DNA from: Eledone cirrhosa
Lineage: Eukaryota
Length of the DNA stretch: 64,000 nucleotides
Assembly: GCA_964016885.1 (NCBI GenBank)
Contig: OZ024751.1
Span: 19,964,001 to 20,028,000, forward strand
Direction: 5' to 3'
The notes under the pieces were generated by a model, which did no database searches, was not told the DNA's origin, and was given only the letters and a program-made list of their open reading frames with translations. The position numbers and the translations under genes were made by a program. Of this stretch, positions 27,235 through 41,532 are shown piece by piece; position 1 is the stretch's first letter; every line of letters starts with the position of its first letter.

Positions 27235-27615
27235 GTTTATCCCGGGTTCAATCGGAGGTAACCACAGTAAGTAAGGTACTCAATACAAAGCAGAGTATAA
27301 ATATTTAATATAGAAAAGCTTCTACGGGACTAGAACTGTTTAATTCGTGAGAAATCATCAGGAAGCTGACTGTCTATATTAAATATATATATATTTATAT
27401 ATATAGGTACGTTATTCCGGGTTGAATCGGAGGTAACCACAGTAAGTAAGGTACTCAATACATTGCAGAGTATAAAAGTTTTAATATAGATGAGATTCTA
27501 CAAGACTAGAACTGTTTCATTCTTTAGAAATCATCAGGATTCTTTAGAAATCATGATGGTTTCTAAAGAATGAAACAGTTCTAGTCCTGTAGAATCTCAT
27601 CTATATTAAAACTAT
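27235..27615 (-). mobile_element. Family D pLTR-like fragments: two tandem copies plus inverted piece, each with an HHR motif
   Basis: Minus 27318-27366 reads gcttc-CTGATGA-tttc-tcac-gaat-TAAA-cag...ccg-TA-gaagc. Second copy at 27494-27538, inverted piece at 27555-27612, third copy at 58655-58787. Confidence 0.75.
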
Positions 27616-27771
27616 ATTTATATATATATATATATTGTCTTTAATGCATAGAAGTAACTAAAACCGTAGCAGACAACTGATAAAGGAAAACTTTCTCCAG
27701 TTCATGCTTTCTCTTATTTTTAAGTATACCTTATCTAGCAACTACACAGCCTCCACTCTTCTTCATAAATT

Positions 27772-27827
<56 letters not shown>

Positions 27828-28212
27828 AAAGACAAACATAACACAAACACTACAGGGAGCCTTACCCCAGAAAGAATTCTATAGACTTCTGACTGAGGAA
27901 TGCTCTCAGAACTGACCAATGGGAAGTTTGACACTATTTTTTTTATTTTGTCCCTTTAACTTGTCCCTTCTACCACTTTATCAATTCTTTAAGCTAACTC
28001 CAACAATAACAACACTTTGAATGAGGAATGTTCTAACAACTGACCAATGAGAGGAGAAGAGGCCCTTTGACACTGAAATTCGTTTGTTTGAATTCATATG
28101 ATTCCAGTTCCTCAGTGAAATAACAACCCAACCAGGAACTGGGCATATCAGAGTATTGACAAAATTATACACCTCAACAACATATGTACTTGTCTATACC
28201 ACATTAATTCAA

Positions 28213-28273
28213 ACTGCCTGAAGAGGTCACAGCCAAAGATGGCTGTCACTGAAATATATATAGCAGTAATAAA
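28213..28273 (+). ncRNA. Type-I hammerhead ribozyme plus AATAAA
   Basis: actgc-CTGAAGA-ggtcacagcc-aaagat-ggctgtcact-GAAA-tatata-TA-gcagt-AATAAA. An identical motif is inverted at 55663-55717. Confidence 0.85.
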
Positions 28274-28312
28274 CGAAGCTAAATTTTAAACATTTGACTT
28301 TTTATTTAACTT

Positions 28313-28357
<45 letters not shown>

Positions 28358-28364
28358 AGAGAGG

Positions 28365-28406
<42 letters not shown>

Positions 28407-28412
28407 GAGAGA

Positions 28413-28463
<51 letters not shown>

Positions 28464-28699
28464 TGAGTGAGTGAGTGAATGAGTGTGCGCGCGTGTGTGT
28501 GTGTGTGTGTTTGCTAATACATATCTATGCACATACATGTACAAGAAACCTTCACAAAATAAAATGTCCCTACATTGCATTATTGTTCGAATCACGTGTA
28601 TGTTTTAGACGTGTTTATACATGCAAATATTTGTTGTATTGTCTAAGAAGTGTATGACATACTTCACAATTATAACCAATATATTTCTTTGTGTGAAAG

Positions 28700-29078
28700 G
28701 TTATCGATTTAGCAGAATCGTTAGAGACAGACTATTGGATGTTTGTACCAGGTTTCTGCATTCTGAGTTCAAATCTCACCAAAGCCCACTTTGTCTTCCA
28801 TCCTTCTGGGGTCAAAGTTTATTGATTTGGCAGAATCTTTAGAGACACAGTATTGGATGTTTATTCCAGGTTTCTGCATTCTGAGTTCAAATCTCACCAA
28901 ACCCCAATTTGTCTTCCATCCTTCTGGGGTCAATGATTATCGATTTGGCAGAATCGTTAAAGACAAAGTATTAGATGTGTATTAGATGTGTATTCCAAGT
29001 CTCTGCATACTGAGTTCAAATCCCACGGAAGTCCACTTTGTTTTTCATCCTTCTGGGATCGATAAAGAAAGTACCAGT
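28700..29078 (+). mobile_element. Three tandem diverged SINE family 1 heads
   Basis: CTGAGTTCAAATC...TCCATCCTTCTGGG is repeated three times. Confidence 0.75.
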
Positions 29079-29456
29079 GCAGAGCTATTGCAGCCCCTTT
29101 TCTACTTCTAGCTGTCACATCCAATCCTGAATCTTCCGCTGGAACAAAGGAGAGAGTTCCGAGAAGATATCTGTGTCTGCTTATGACTGGCGACTGCATG
29201 GCTACCCAAATAAACCTTAGCGAATGTGCAATACAAACTACTATGTCATACTTGATTGTGAGTGGCGGTTGTGTTAGTTTAGTTTAGCTTAATGTGAAGG
29301 CGCATGGCAACATAAATGAATTAAGTGCTAATATCTTTCGTTTGCAAACTCAGCTATACAGTAAAATATATGATGTGATATAAATTATACAGACATTTTA
29401 AAATCATAAACTGAAAAACTTAAACATTAAACAATTAATATATACTGGCGAAATGT

Positions 29457-29576
29457 GTTTCCGAAGAAGACGATCTGATCGAACCTATATATGAAGTCTG
29501 ATAGTATACAATTATATAACTGCTATGGATCAGACAATATGTCGATATGATCAACCCTCCGAAACGATCGTAAAAC
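29457..29576 (+). ncRNA. Hammerhead-like motif with long stem II
   Basis: gttt-CCGAAGA-(~93 nt, partly self-complementary)-GAAA-cgatcg-TA-aaac. Confidence 0.55.
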
Positions 29577-30215
29577 AAGGATATGAATAGGTAAAATAAT
29601 TCGACTGTTATTAGTTTCATTGTTAAATTAATACCTAATATGATATTTACCAAAAAGAAGAACAAGTCATACATACATACATACATACATACATACATAC
29701 ATACATACATACATACATACATACATACATACATACATACGTACATACATACAGAGAAAAAAGGGGAATGGGGGATATGAGATAGTGTGACATGCATATC
29801 ATTTTTATAATGTGTCTCAGAGATTCCTTATTTCCGACATATTTCTTCTGTTTACATACATGATATACCCCCGAGTAATCTATAATTATTTATTAGTATT
29901 TATTACAATTCTTTAAGAGACTTTCAGCAAGTTGTATAGCTTCGACGAGTTGAGATGTACTCTGTTGAATACTTTCGAGTCTTGTTCACATACGTACATA
30001 TGCACACACATCGCACAAGCATGCATACATCTATAAACATCTGTGTATCGAAACAAGCCTCACTGTAAATATCTAGGGAATTACTGCCAAATTAATATTT
30101 AATATCAAAAAATAATTATAGAAAATGATATAGATTTTTAATTAATTTAAGACCAGGGAAACAAAGCAACCGTTGCCTGAAGGGCAATGAAAAAAACAAC
30201 ACCCAAACAGAAAAC

Positions 30216-30336
<121 letters not shown>

Positions 30337-30460
30337 AGAATATTTTCGAAACAGCGAGTTGGTTTGAAATTATTAGAAATGTAAGCTATCGCCGTATTTT
30401 GACTAAAGAAATTAAAGAAAATTTGTCAGGATTTTCTTTTCCTTTTTACTAATATATATA

Positions 30461-30508
<48 letters not shown>

Positions 30509-30655
30509 AATTAAAATACTAGAGTGTGTTGGAGTTAAACACCCTCTTCATATTATAGAAATGACAGTAAAGATATAGCTCAATGTAATTAAACAGAGCC
30601 GAAGAATTATGAAAATAAACCAAAGAAGCCTTCAATACATCAAAAGTCTTTATTA

Positions 30656-30693
30656 GCCAACAATGTTTCGTCCTATTAAGGACTCATCAGGGC
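30656..30693 (-). ncRNA. Type-I hammerhead ribozyme (mirror of 31831-31868)
   Basis: Exact reverse complement. Confidence 0.85.
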
Positions 30694-31830
30694 AAGTAAA
30701 GCTATAAGAAACACTATCGGCCAATACAAGCCAAAAACTCAGAAGAATAAGGAGTAGACATACATTAAAGCATAGGAAAATTATGAAGTAAAAATTGCTA
30801 AGGAAGTGAATAACATTTTGAACCATATTACAAATATAGTACAATGCAAAAACTAAAACTAAACACAAGTGGTGATATAAAGCGAGAATTACAGTACGAT
30901 ATATAATATAATATAATATAATATAAATAATTGATAATGATAATAATAATAATATTAAAAGGCCCAATATACATATATATACATATGTACACATATATAT
31001 ATCAATACACATATCCATCAATACAAACACAAAACTAACACTTATTAAGAGTTTAAATATAAATATAATACATATATTATTTACAGTATAAAATGATAAA
31101 GAAATGAATAAAAATAAACATATAATATATAATATACTATATAATTATATAATTTATAATTTATAATCTCCGGTCAATTTGCACAAACAATATAAATATT
31201 ATAATAACACTATAATAACAATATTATAATATATTGTCATATAACTTAACAAATCATATAAAGTTACACACAGGGTGAGAAAAAAATATCATACAGAACT
31301 AAATTGTGTTGAAAAAATTGTGCAAATTGACCGGAGATTATAAATTATAAATTATATAATTATATAGTATATTATATATTACATGTTTATTTTTATTCAT
31401 TTCTTTATCATTTGATACTGTAAATAATATATGTATTATATTTATATTTAAACTCTTAATAAGTGTTAGTTTTGTGTTTGTATTGATGGATATGTGTATT
31501 GATATATATATATATATATGTGTACATATGTATATATATATATACATTGGGCCTTTTAATATTATTATTATTATCATTATCAATTATATTATATTATATT
31601 ATATTATATTATATTATATTATATATCGTACTGTAATTCTCGCTTTATATCACCACTTGTATTTAGTTTTAGTTTTTGCATTGTACTATATTTGTAATAT
31701 GGTTCAAAATGTTATTCACTTCCTTAGCAATTTTTACTTCATAATTTTCCTATGCTTTAATGTATGTATACTCCATATTCTTCTGAGTTTTGGCTTGTAT
31801 TGGCCGATAGTGCTTCTTATAGCTTTACTT

Positions 31831-31868
31831 GCCCTGATGAGTCCTTAATAGGACGAAACATTGTTGGC
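31831..31868 (+). ncRNA. Type-I hammerhead ribozyme
   Basis: gcc-CTGATGA-gtcc-ttaata-ggac-GAAA-cattg-TT-ggc, then AATAAA. The core is canonical. Confidence 0.85.
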
Positions 31869-31913
31869 TAATAAAGACTTTTGATGTATTGAAGGCTTCT
31901 TTGGTTTATTTTC

Positions 31914-31980
<67 letters not shown>

Positions 31981-32172
31981 TAAAATAACAGATTAAAGTT
32001 TAAGCAAAGAATCGATGCTTTCACCCTTAACGGGATCTTCTGAAACTAACAAAGTCAATCTGTAAACGCAGAAGTGGATATTTCAAAAAACGTTGCAACC
32101 GGAGGAAGACAGGAAGACGATACTTTGGTTCGTGGAAACGTTCCCTGGCAAAGAACGGGAAAAAACGAATAT

Positions 32173-32438
32173 AATACGTCATTAATAGGAGCGGTGAAAA
32201 ACAATTACGCGCAAAGACAGAACCACGTTTATGGTATAAAAGAGGTCGTAGACTAATGTTCTCTTAGGTGGTTCATAGAGACGTTCTCTGGCAATGAACG
32301 AAAAAAACGAAGATAATACGTCATTAATAGGAGCGGTGAAAAACAATTACGCGCAAAGACAGAACCACGTTTATGGTATAAAAGAGGTCGTAGACTAATG
32401 TTCTCTTAGGTGGTGCATAGAGACGTTCTCTGGCAATG
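32173..32438. repeat. Direct tandem duplication, ~143-bp period
   Basis: AATACGTCATTAATAGGAGCGG...GTTCTCTGGCAATGA occurs at 32173 and 32316. Confidence 0.9.
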
Positions 32439-32521
32439 AGGTGAGGGTGAGGGCAACGATAACGACAACCGCTACATCGATTGCGACGACGATGATAATG
32501 ATGGGAGTGGCGATGATGATG

Positions 32522-32572
<51 letters not shown>

Positions 32573-32717
32573 GGGATATTGATGGTGATAATGGCAGAGA
32601 GGGCAAGAGTGATAATGGAAATAATGACGACAATGATGATGATCATGAGGATGATAAGGAGGTTGACGAGAAGGATGATGAAGAGTAGGGGGACGAGGCG
32701 GAGGGGGAGAATCAAAT

Positions 32718-32866
32718 ACCCAGTACATTACTGGTACTTTATTTTATCGACCCCGTAAGGAGGATGAAAGGCAAAGTTAACCTCGGCGGGATTTGAACTC
32801 AGATCATAAAGGGCTGTAACTCTATGCTGCAGAGCATGGCGTTCTACCGATACTGCCAATCCACCG
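32718..32866 (-). mobile_element. SINE family 1
   Basis: Reverse complement of the 60255-60447 type sequence. Confidence 0.85.
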
Positions 32867-33044
32867 ATGGGGAGAAGCATAATAATGATGAGATGGAAGA
32901 AGAAGAACAAGAAGAAGAAGAAGAAGAAGAGAAGATGAATAGTGATGATGATGATGATGATGATGGTGATAGTGATATTGTATTATTCCGTGTTTATTTT
33001 TCTATCTCTTCTTCCATCCTCCCTATCTACCCCACACCCTCTCT

Positions 33045-34300
33045 CTCCCTACCTACCTACCTACCTACAGCCTACCCACCTACCTATCTACCTACCTACC
33101 CACCTACCAACCTACCTACCTATCTACCTAGCTACCAACTTACCTCCCTCCCTACCTACCTAGCTACCTACCTACCTAGCTACCTACCTACCTCCCTACC
33201 TACCTACCTCCCTACCAACCTACCAACCTACCTCCCTACCAACCTACCAACCTACCTCCCTACCTCCCTACCAACATACCTACCTAGCTACCTACCTACC
33301 TCCCTACCTCTCTACCAACCTACCAACCTACCTCCCTACCTACCTACCAACCTACCTACCTAGCTACCTACCTACCTACCTACCTCCCTACCAACCTACC
33401 AACCTACCTCCCTACCTACCTACCTCACCTACCTACCTACCCACCTACCTACCTCCCTACCTACCTACCTACCTACCTACCTCCCTACCTACCTACCCAC
33501 CTACCTAGCTCCCTACCTACCCACCTCCCTACCTACCTACCTACCCACCTACCTACATCCCTACCTACCTACCTACCTACCTACCAACATACCTACCTAC
33601 CCACCTAACTACCTCCTACCTACCTCCCTACCTACCTACCTACCTCAACTACCAACCTACCAACCTACCTACCTACCAACCTACCTCCCTACCTACCTAC
33701 CAACCTACCTCCCTACCTACCCACCTACCTACCTACCTACCCACCTACCTACCTCCCTACCTACCCACCTCCCTACCTCCCTACCTACCTACCTACCTAC
33801 CAACATACCTACCTACCCACCTACCTACCTACCTACCTACCTCCCTACCTACCTACCCACCTCCCTACCGCCCTACCTACCTACCTACCAACCTACCTAC
33901 CTACCAACCAACCTACCTACCAACCTACCTCCCTACCTCCCTACCAACCTACCTACCTACCTACCTCCCTACCTACCTACCTACCTACCTACCTACCTCC
34001 CTACCTCCCTCCCTACCTACCTACCCACCTACCTCCCTACCTCCCTACCTCCCTACCTACCTCCCTACCTCCCTACCTCCCTACCTACCTCCCTACCTCC
34101 CTCCCTACCTACCTACCTCCCTACCTACCTCCCTACCTACCTACCTCCCTACCTACCTACCTACCTACCTCCCTACCTACCTACCTACCTCCCTACCTAC
34201 CTACCTCCCTACCTACCTACCTACCTCCCTACCTACCTACCTACCTCCCTACCTACCTACCTCCCTACCTCCCTACCTCCCTACCTACCTACCTACTTAT
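33045..34300. repeat. (CCTA)n-type degenerate tetranucleotide array
   Basis: Read directly. Confidence 0.95.
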
Positions 34301-34352
34301 CCTAACCTAGTCTATCTATCTATCTTTATCAATCAATTTATCTCTCTAACAA

Positions 34353-34432
<80 letters not shown>

Positions 34433-34848
34433 CCCTCTCTCCCTCTCTCCCTCCCTCCTGAGCTCCAGCTAGCTCTATCTATCTATTTAGCTCTCACCCT
34501 TTCTCTGTCTAACTTTCATCTCCCTCTCTTTCCTCTTTCTACCCTCTTCCTTTCACCCTCACCTGTTCCTCCCGTTTCTCTCTCCCCTCTTTCTCTCCCT
34601 ATCTCCATCTCTCCTCTTTCTACCCCACCCCTCTCTCTCTACCCACACTCTCTCTCTCTCACGCCTCTATTTCTTTATCAACCAATTTATCTATCTCTCA
34701 CCCCTATCGGAATATATTTAAGAAAAGGGGTCCACTTAGCAAAAGTGCCATAAACACAAACTATCTTCAAGAGTCTACTTCTCTATCCATCTTCTTATTT
34801 ATTTTACTGTTTTTACTATCTATTCATTTGTTCTACGTGTGTGTGTGT

Positions 34849-34958
<110 letters not shown>

Positions 34959-34990
34959 GTATGAGTACAAGCGTGTTTGCATAAACGTAT

Positions 34991-35024
<34 letters not shown>

Positions 35025-35072
35025 GTGTATGTATATATATCTATTCATTTGTTCCACGTGTGTGTATATATA

Positions 35073-35125
<53 letters not shown>

Positions 35126-35206
35126 TTATGTATATATATATTTATTTATATATATATATTTATTTATATATATATATTTATTTATATATATATATTTATT
35201 TATATA

Positions 35207-35251
<45 letters not shown>

Positions 35252-36454
35252 ATAAGTATGCCTATATGTATGTGAAGGTATGCGTGTACGTTTCTGTGTC
35301 CGTTTATGTGTATATGTATATGTGTGCATGTGAGTGTGTGTTTATGTGTGTATATGTGTGTATGAGAGTGTATATGGGGTGGGGGTGTATGTATAGACGA
35401 GGAGGCGGAGTCACATGTCCAGTGGTTGACACCGGAAAAAAAAAGTAGATCTTCTACACTGGAGACTTTTCTATATTAGTTTTTATCTCTGATATCTGAC
35501 TGACTGTCGGTGTTAATGGGACTGGCATCTAGTGTTGTTGTTGTTGTTGTTGTTGTTGTAGCTGTTGTTAACGTTGTTGTTGTCATTGCTGTTGTTGTTG
35601 TTGATGTGGTTGTTGCTGTTTTTGTAGTGAAGTTGGAGAGAATACTATGCCCCAAACCAGTGTGTGTGTATGTATATATATATATATTTATGCATATATT
35701 TATATATATATATATATATATATAAATGTACAAATATAAATTAGCGAGAATCGTTTTCAGCTCAGGAATTAACGAAAATCAACGTCCGATATGTGTGGCA
35801 AGCGCTCGATGAATCATATGAATCAGAGCTACAACATACGTTAAGGGCCAAACACACTGAGATGATGGTTAAACATATCATCCGCACAGCCAAAACAAAA
35901 CGACCAAGTAATTCGGGTCAAACAATAAAAATATATGTGTTGATACTTTCCCGGACCCTGGACTGATGGTAAAATCCAGTATTGGTTTCTGCGACTCCAA
36001 ATCAGGTACTGTCCGCCTACATAAAGAATGTTGGGCTTCTGGTGAGATGATGAACAAGGCAGTCGTGTTATCAACGGGTTTTGCTCCAATATGCTATAGA
36101 TAGTGTGGCTATTACTGACCCCTCGTGGGATTCAGCAAGGGAGGTAACACCTCTATTAAGCGAATGATTCAGTTATGTATTATTGCGAGAATGCAAAATA
36201 TCACAAATCGAATAAAGCTCTCGACAGAATGGTTAAATATATATATATATATACGTTGAGAACAACCCTGTTGCTCTACTTGGCTGCTATTTTTTTAGTA
36301 GTAATTGTAGACAGCAAGTCTTTGATTTTCCCGCTTTTACTTCGGTCCAGTTTACATACGGGTCAATTTTACGACCTTTCAGACCTTTATTAGCTGGCAG
36401 GAGGTTGTATATTTTGTCGTTCCTGGGACGTTTAGCCCTAGGAAGGGAAAATGC

Positions 36455-36533
36455 TTCTCTGATGAGCTTTGGTTTTCCATCATAAATCCATCGGATTTAT
36501 GAGGTTTTACAAAGCGAAACTGATCAGTAAGGG
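36455..36533 (+). ncRNA. Type-I hammerhead ribozyme with extended stem II
   Basis: ttct-CTGATGA-gctttg...tcataaatcc-atc-ggatttatga...caaagc-GAAA-ctgatcag-TA-aggg. It lies in a ~360-bp insert between (TA)n tracts. Confidence 0.8.
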
Positions 36534-36614
36534 CCACTAGAAGAGGTAAATATTTATATTATATTTTTTAATGTATTTTGAAAAATTGATTGAATTTTAC
36601 TTGTTCTGCTTATC

Positions 36615-36674
<60 letters not shown>

Positions 36675-36821
36675 AAAGTTCTATTTAAATTGTTGGGATA
36701 CAACAAGAAAATCTTTTTACAACTGATATAAAGCACTCGACAAGTATTAACTTGGTATCCTTGAAATATGTATAATGAAATAAAGATGGTTTTATAAATA
36801 TAGTTTCCATTTATTAATATC

Positions 36822-36861
<40 letters not shown>

Positions 36862-36887
36862 TGTTGTTGTCGTTATTATTATTGTTG

Positions 36888-36922
<35 letters not shown>

Positions 36923-37129
36923 GTTATTAATGTATGTGTGTGTGTATATGTATGTGTGTGTATGTGTGTATATGTATATATATATATATATATTTCTTTT
37001 TTTTCTTCTTTTTTCTTTATTTATTAATTTTTATTTTTATCTTTTTTTTTTTTTTTTTCTCCTCCTCGTGCAATGGCCATACTCGATAACGAGGGGGCAG
37101 CCATCATATTTATGCATATATATATATAT

Positions 37130-37513
37130 ATTATTCAAAATATTAATAAATGGATACATTCACATAATCAAAATATATGTTTTATTATATATATTTCGGA
37201 GGTACTGTGCTGTTTTTTCAGTACGTCCTCATCAGATAAAATACATAAATTGATGCATGAAATACCTTAGCAGTTGCGGTATGTCATGCATCAATTTATG
37301 TATTTTATCTGATGAGGACGTACTGAAAAAACAGCACAGTACCTCCGAAATATATATAATAAAACATATATTTTGCTTATGTGAATGTATCCATTTATTA
37401 ATATTTTGAATAATTTTAATAACTCCAGAAAATGTAACAGTTGAGTGCTTTTAATCTATTGTAAAACTGTATTCATTGAATAATCAATGAACCTTGTTTA
37501 ACATTTGGTCTTG
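37130..37513. mobile_element. PLE pLTR-like fragment with head-to-head inverted copy; HHRs at 37180-37241 (-) and 37303-37364 (+)
   Basis: ttttat-CTGATGA-ggacgtactg...cagtacctcc-GAAA-tatata-TA-ataaaa. Arms 37130-37266 and 37278-37414. Confidence 0.8.
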
Positions 37514-37675
37514 TATATATGTATATATATATATATATGTGTATATATATCAGTTTGACAATCACCACAGACAGACGAATGCGAGAAAGTTCTCCAACCC
37601 AAGTAAACCAGGAATCTCTAAAATTCTTCCCAACGAAGTTAACACAGAACTTACTGGATCTACCAACTCATGGAA

Positions 37676-37840
37676 GTATCGGTAGAGGGTCGGACGCCAT
37701 GCTTTGACGCACAGAGTTACGCCCCTTGCCATTCTGAGTTCAAATCCCGCCGAGGTCAACTTTGCCTTTCATCCTTACGGGGTCGATAAAATAAAGTACC
37801 AGTAATGTACTGGATAATTGCTGGCCTTGTGCCAAAAGTA
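37676..37840 (+). mobile_element. SINE family 1
   Basis: GTATCGGTAGAG...GAGTTCAAATCCCGCCGAGG...GTACCAGT...GGCCTTGTGCCAAAAGTA. Confidence 0.85.
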
Positions 37841-38032
37841 TATATATATATATATATATAATATATATATATTTACACACACTCACAGGGTGTCCTCAAA
37901 AATATATATTATAACATTAAATCATTAAATTTTTTAACACTACAAGTGAAGTCATTCTTTTCCCTTTTTTAAATACACCTAACTGTACCAAGGATCTCAC
38001 ACATTTTCCAATATATATATATATATATATAT

Positions 38033-38078
<46 letters not shown>

Positions 38079-38177
38079 ACAGTGTGTTCTCCAAAAATGT
38101 ATACACAAAGGCAAGCTGTACATTCTAATAAATATTGTCTGTACAGCTAATCAAAATGTGTATACATTTTTGGGGGA

Positions 38178-38220
<43 letters not shown>

Positions 38221-38444
38221 CTCAGCGAGATTCGGATTTCGGCTGTGCTTGAAAACAAAGCGAAACGCAATATCCGAGTTATGCTGGCAAGCCCTCCATG
38301 GACCAAATAAAGACCAGAGCAATAAACATAGGTTATAAAGGCCAAACAAACTGAGATGGCGGTCAAGAAGCCATCAACCACCTAAGCCAAAACGACGAGG
38401 CAAGCCAAACAGGTCAAACAAAATAATTGAAATATATAATATAT

Positions 38445-39455
38445 GCCATCACCATCATCATCATCATTACGTCAACAGTCGAACATTCCTGATAATCTTT
38501 CCACAGCTCATGTTTTTCTATTGTTCTTGGCAACTACCCCCTACTGAAATTTGTATCGTCTGAGTGTTGATCGATGAAGTTTCGAGCAGGTCTTCTTCTA
38601 CTGTGTCTCCTGTGAGTTGGTTCCCACAATATTATCTTGTGTATAACTTCCTGCTTATTTCTCCAGCAATGTACAACAAATTGTAACCATCATTGAGCAA
38701 TTGTAGTTGCTATCTTAGGCAAGTAGAAACTTTCATTTGTAATACATTGACGCCAGTTTACGTTTAGTACAACGCAAAGCATTTTAGTATATCCACCATC
38801 TAGTTTCTTTTCAAGTGCTTGTGTCAGGGTCCATGTACCTGGTTCATACAACAAAACTGACTCAACATATGTTCTGAAGAACGATATTTTCAATTTTCTG
38901 AGTAGATCTGACTTCCACATGTTTTCTATTTTGTTCATTGCAACCCAGACTTTGGAAATCGTAATGTCAATGTCTTTTATTGATGAATTCATTCAGTTGC
39001 CCAAATATAGAAAATCTTCAACTCGATTTAGTATTCCATCATCCAGTGTGACAAGATTACCATCTTCTTCGTTTAGTGATATGTAACATTTAGTTCTTGG
39101 TAACATTTATGCGTAAACCAATTTTCCTAGGAGAGAATTTGACTTTATGAAGAAGTTCTTGAGTTTAATCAATGGTATTTGATAAAAGAGCTATGTCATC
39201 AGCAAAATCTGTTTCATATATAACAGTTGGTGGCTTTCGGTTACTTTTCTTGTGTGTCAATGTAAAGCCGAGATCTTGTTTATTAACAATGGCTTCTGAC
39301 ATGGCATAGTCCAGAGCAATTATGAAAATATATATTGCCAATGGGTCACCTTGAAAGAACCTACTAGGATTTTTTAAAAACTCGGTATCACCACCAGGAG
39401 AGAGAAGTTGAGCTTCAGTGTTTATGTAGAATATATTTATAGCGGAATCTATGGC
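38445..39455 (-). mobile_element. Decayed RTE-clade LINE (RT to 3' end)
   Basis: Minus strand gives SAINIFYINTEAQLLSPGGDTEF, QGDPLAIYIFIIALDYAM, ETDFADDIALLS, DFLYLG and ESVLLYEPGTWTLT. It ends in a (GAT)n tail at 38445-38467. Confidence 0.85.
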
Positions 39456-39484
39456 ATGGAATCTGCTTTATTTTGTGTCCTCAG

Positions 39485-39627
39485 TAGATTTCTGTTTAAG
39501 TATTTACGAGATTCACAATGATTCACGTAACCAAGTTACTTACATGTATTAATCAAATTAAAATACATGTAAGTAACTTGGTTACGTGAATCATTGTGAA
39601 TCTCGTAAATACTTAAACAGAAATCTA
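39485..39627. repeat. Perfect fold-back (~66 bp arms)
   Basis: TAGATTTCTG...ACATGTATT / AATACATGT...CAGAAATCTA. Confidence 0.9.
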
Positions 39628-39942
39628 TGGCTTAATGTATGCGTTATGCAACAAGGATTGAGATCAGCTTTCCTCTATGGAAAGGACTGTTATATCATGT
39701 GTCCTTTTATTGTTTAAGACATTAGATTGCATTTAAGAAAGATTTGGCTGGTATCTCAGGAAGAAAGCTACCCGCCAGAGTAACGCTTTCTTAGTTCTGT
39801 CCCCCTTATGCCAAGATGGCGCCACTACGACTCTATCAAGAGTTATGGCATCATATATACAATACACAAATAGAAATTACAGTGATGAGTACTCAATCAC
39901 CCCTTCCCGCTTTACAAACAACAAATACACACATACACACAC

Positions 39943-39977
<35 letters not shown>

Positions 39978-40161
39978 TATATACACACCCGCACACATAT
40001 ATATATACACACATATATATATATATACACCCACGCACACACACATATATATATATACACACACATATATATACACACACACACACATATACACACATAT
40101 ATATATACACCCACGCACACATTATATATATATATATACACACACACACATATACACACAT

Positions 40162-40194
<33 letters not shown>

Positions 40195-40219
40195 CACACA
40201 CATTATATATATATATATA

Positions 40220-40284
<65 letters not shown>

Positions 40285-40719
40285 AAAAATATCCTACACT
40301 AAAAGTCTGATATGAAATGATATTTATAAAGAACCACGTTGAAAAAAATAAATCAAAGAAGCAACTTATATAGTAACCATATAGTTGGAAATATCCAATC
40401 AGAAGAGGCTGGCTCTGACATAAACTTAAAATGGCTGTCGACTTGAAAAGATAAAAAGAGACAAACCTCATAAATCAAGAATCTACAACTCTCTACAGAC
40501 AAGCTGTGAGAACTGATCGACACGAAAGTCTTTATGGCGGCACCACCATCCTTTTGCGCATGCTCCGATGCTCACTCTATATCGACTTTAGATGTTATAT
40601 TCCCCACGGGCTAATCATTACACAGAATTAGGTTTTTATCGAGTTTTCATCATGGATTCGGTATTCTTTTGTATATATTTGTGTGTATATATGTATGTAT
40701 ATATGTATGTATATATGTT

Positions 40720-40810
<91 letters not shown>

Positions 40811-41193
40811 GTGTGTGTGTTTCTGTGTGTGTGTGTGTGAATCTTGATATTCAGTGGGAGATTCTGGGAACATTGAAGACATGTTCGTAGAAGTATTATT
40901 AATATAGTTGTTGTTGTTGTTATTGTTGTTGTTATTGTTGTTGCTATTCTTGTTGTTATTTTGCCAAGTTAAAAGAGAAATTTAATATATGAACCAAATA
41001 ATATGGTCGTCTCTTCAACGACATACACGCAGACACACACACGCGCGCGCAGACACTGACCCCCACACACACAAACTGACATACATATACACACAAACAC
41101 GCACACAGACATATGTATGTGTATGTATACTTGTGTGTGTATGTATGTTTCGGACAATGTGTATATATGTGTATATATATAAGTGTATGTATG

Positions 41194-41339
<146 letters not shown>

Positions 41340-41359
41340 AAGAGACAAAGAATTTTATA

Positions 41360-41532
41360 TAAATTTAGTTTGCTTTGGTCGAGTCATTTGAGAATGCATA
41401 AGGAAAATACGAGCAGACAGAGAGACAAAGAATTTTATACATATATATATATGTATAAAATTCTTTGTCTCTCTGTCTGCTCGTATTTTCCTTATGCATT
41501 CTCAAATAACTCGACCAAAGCAAAATAAATTT
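41360..41532. repeat. Near-perfect palindrome centred on a short (TA)n
   Basis: TTTGCTTTGGTCGAG...TTTTATACA-(TA)n-TGTATAAAA...CTCGACCAAAGCAAA. Confidence 0.9.

Larger units (their letters stand above)
30607..31917. mobile_element. Large inverted duplication (~580 bp arms, ~135 bp spacer) of a PLE pLTR-like sequence between (TA)n tracts
   Basis: Arms 30607-31184 and 31318-31917 are reverse complementary with scattered differences. An HHR lies near each outer end. Confidence 0.85.
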
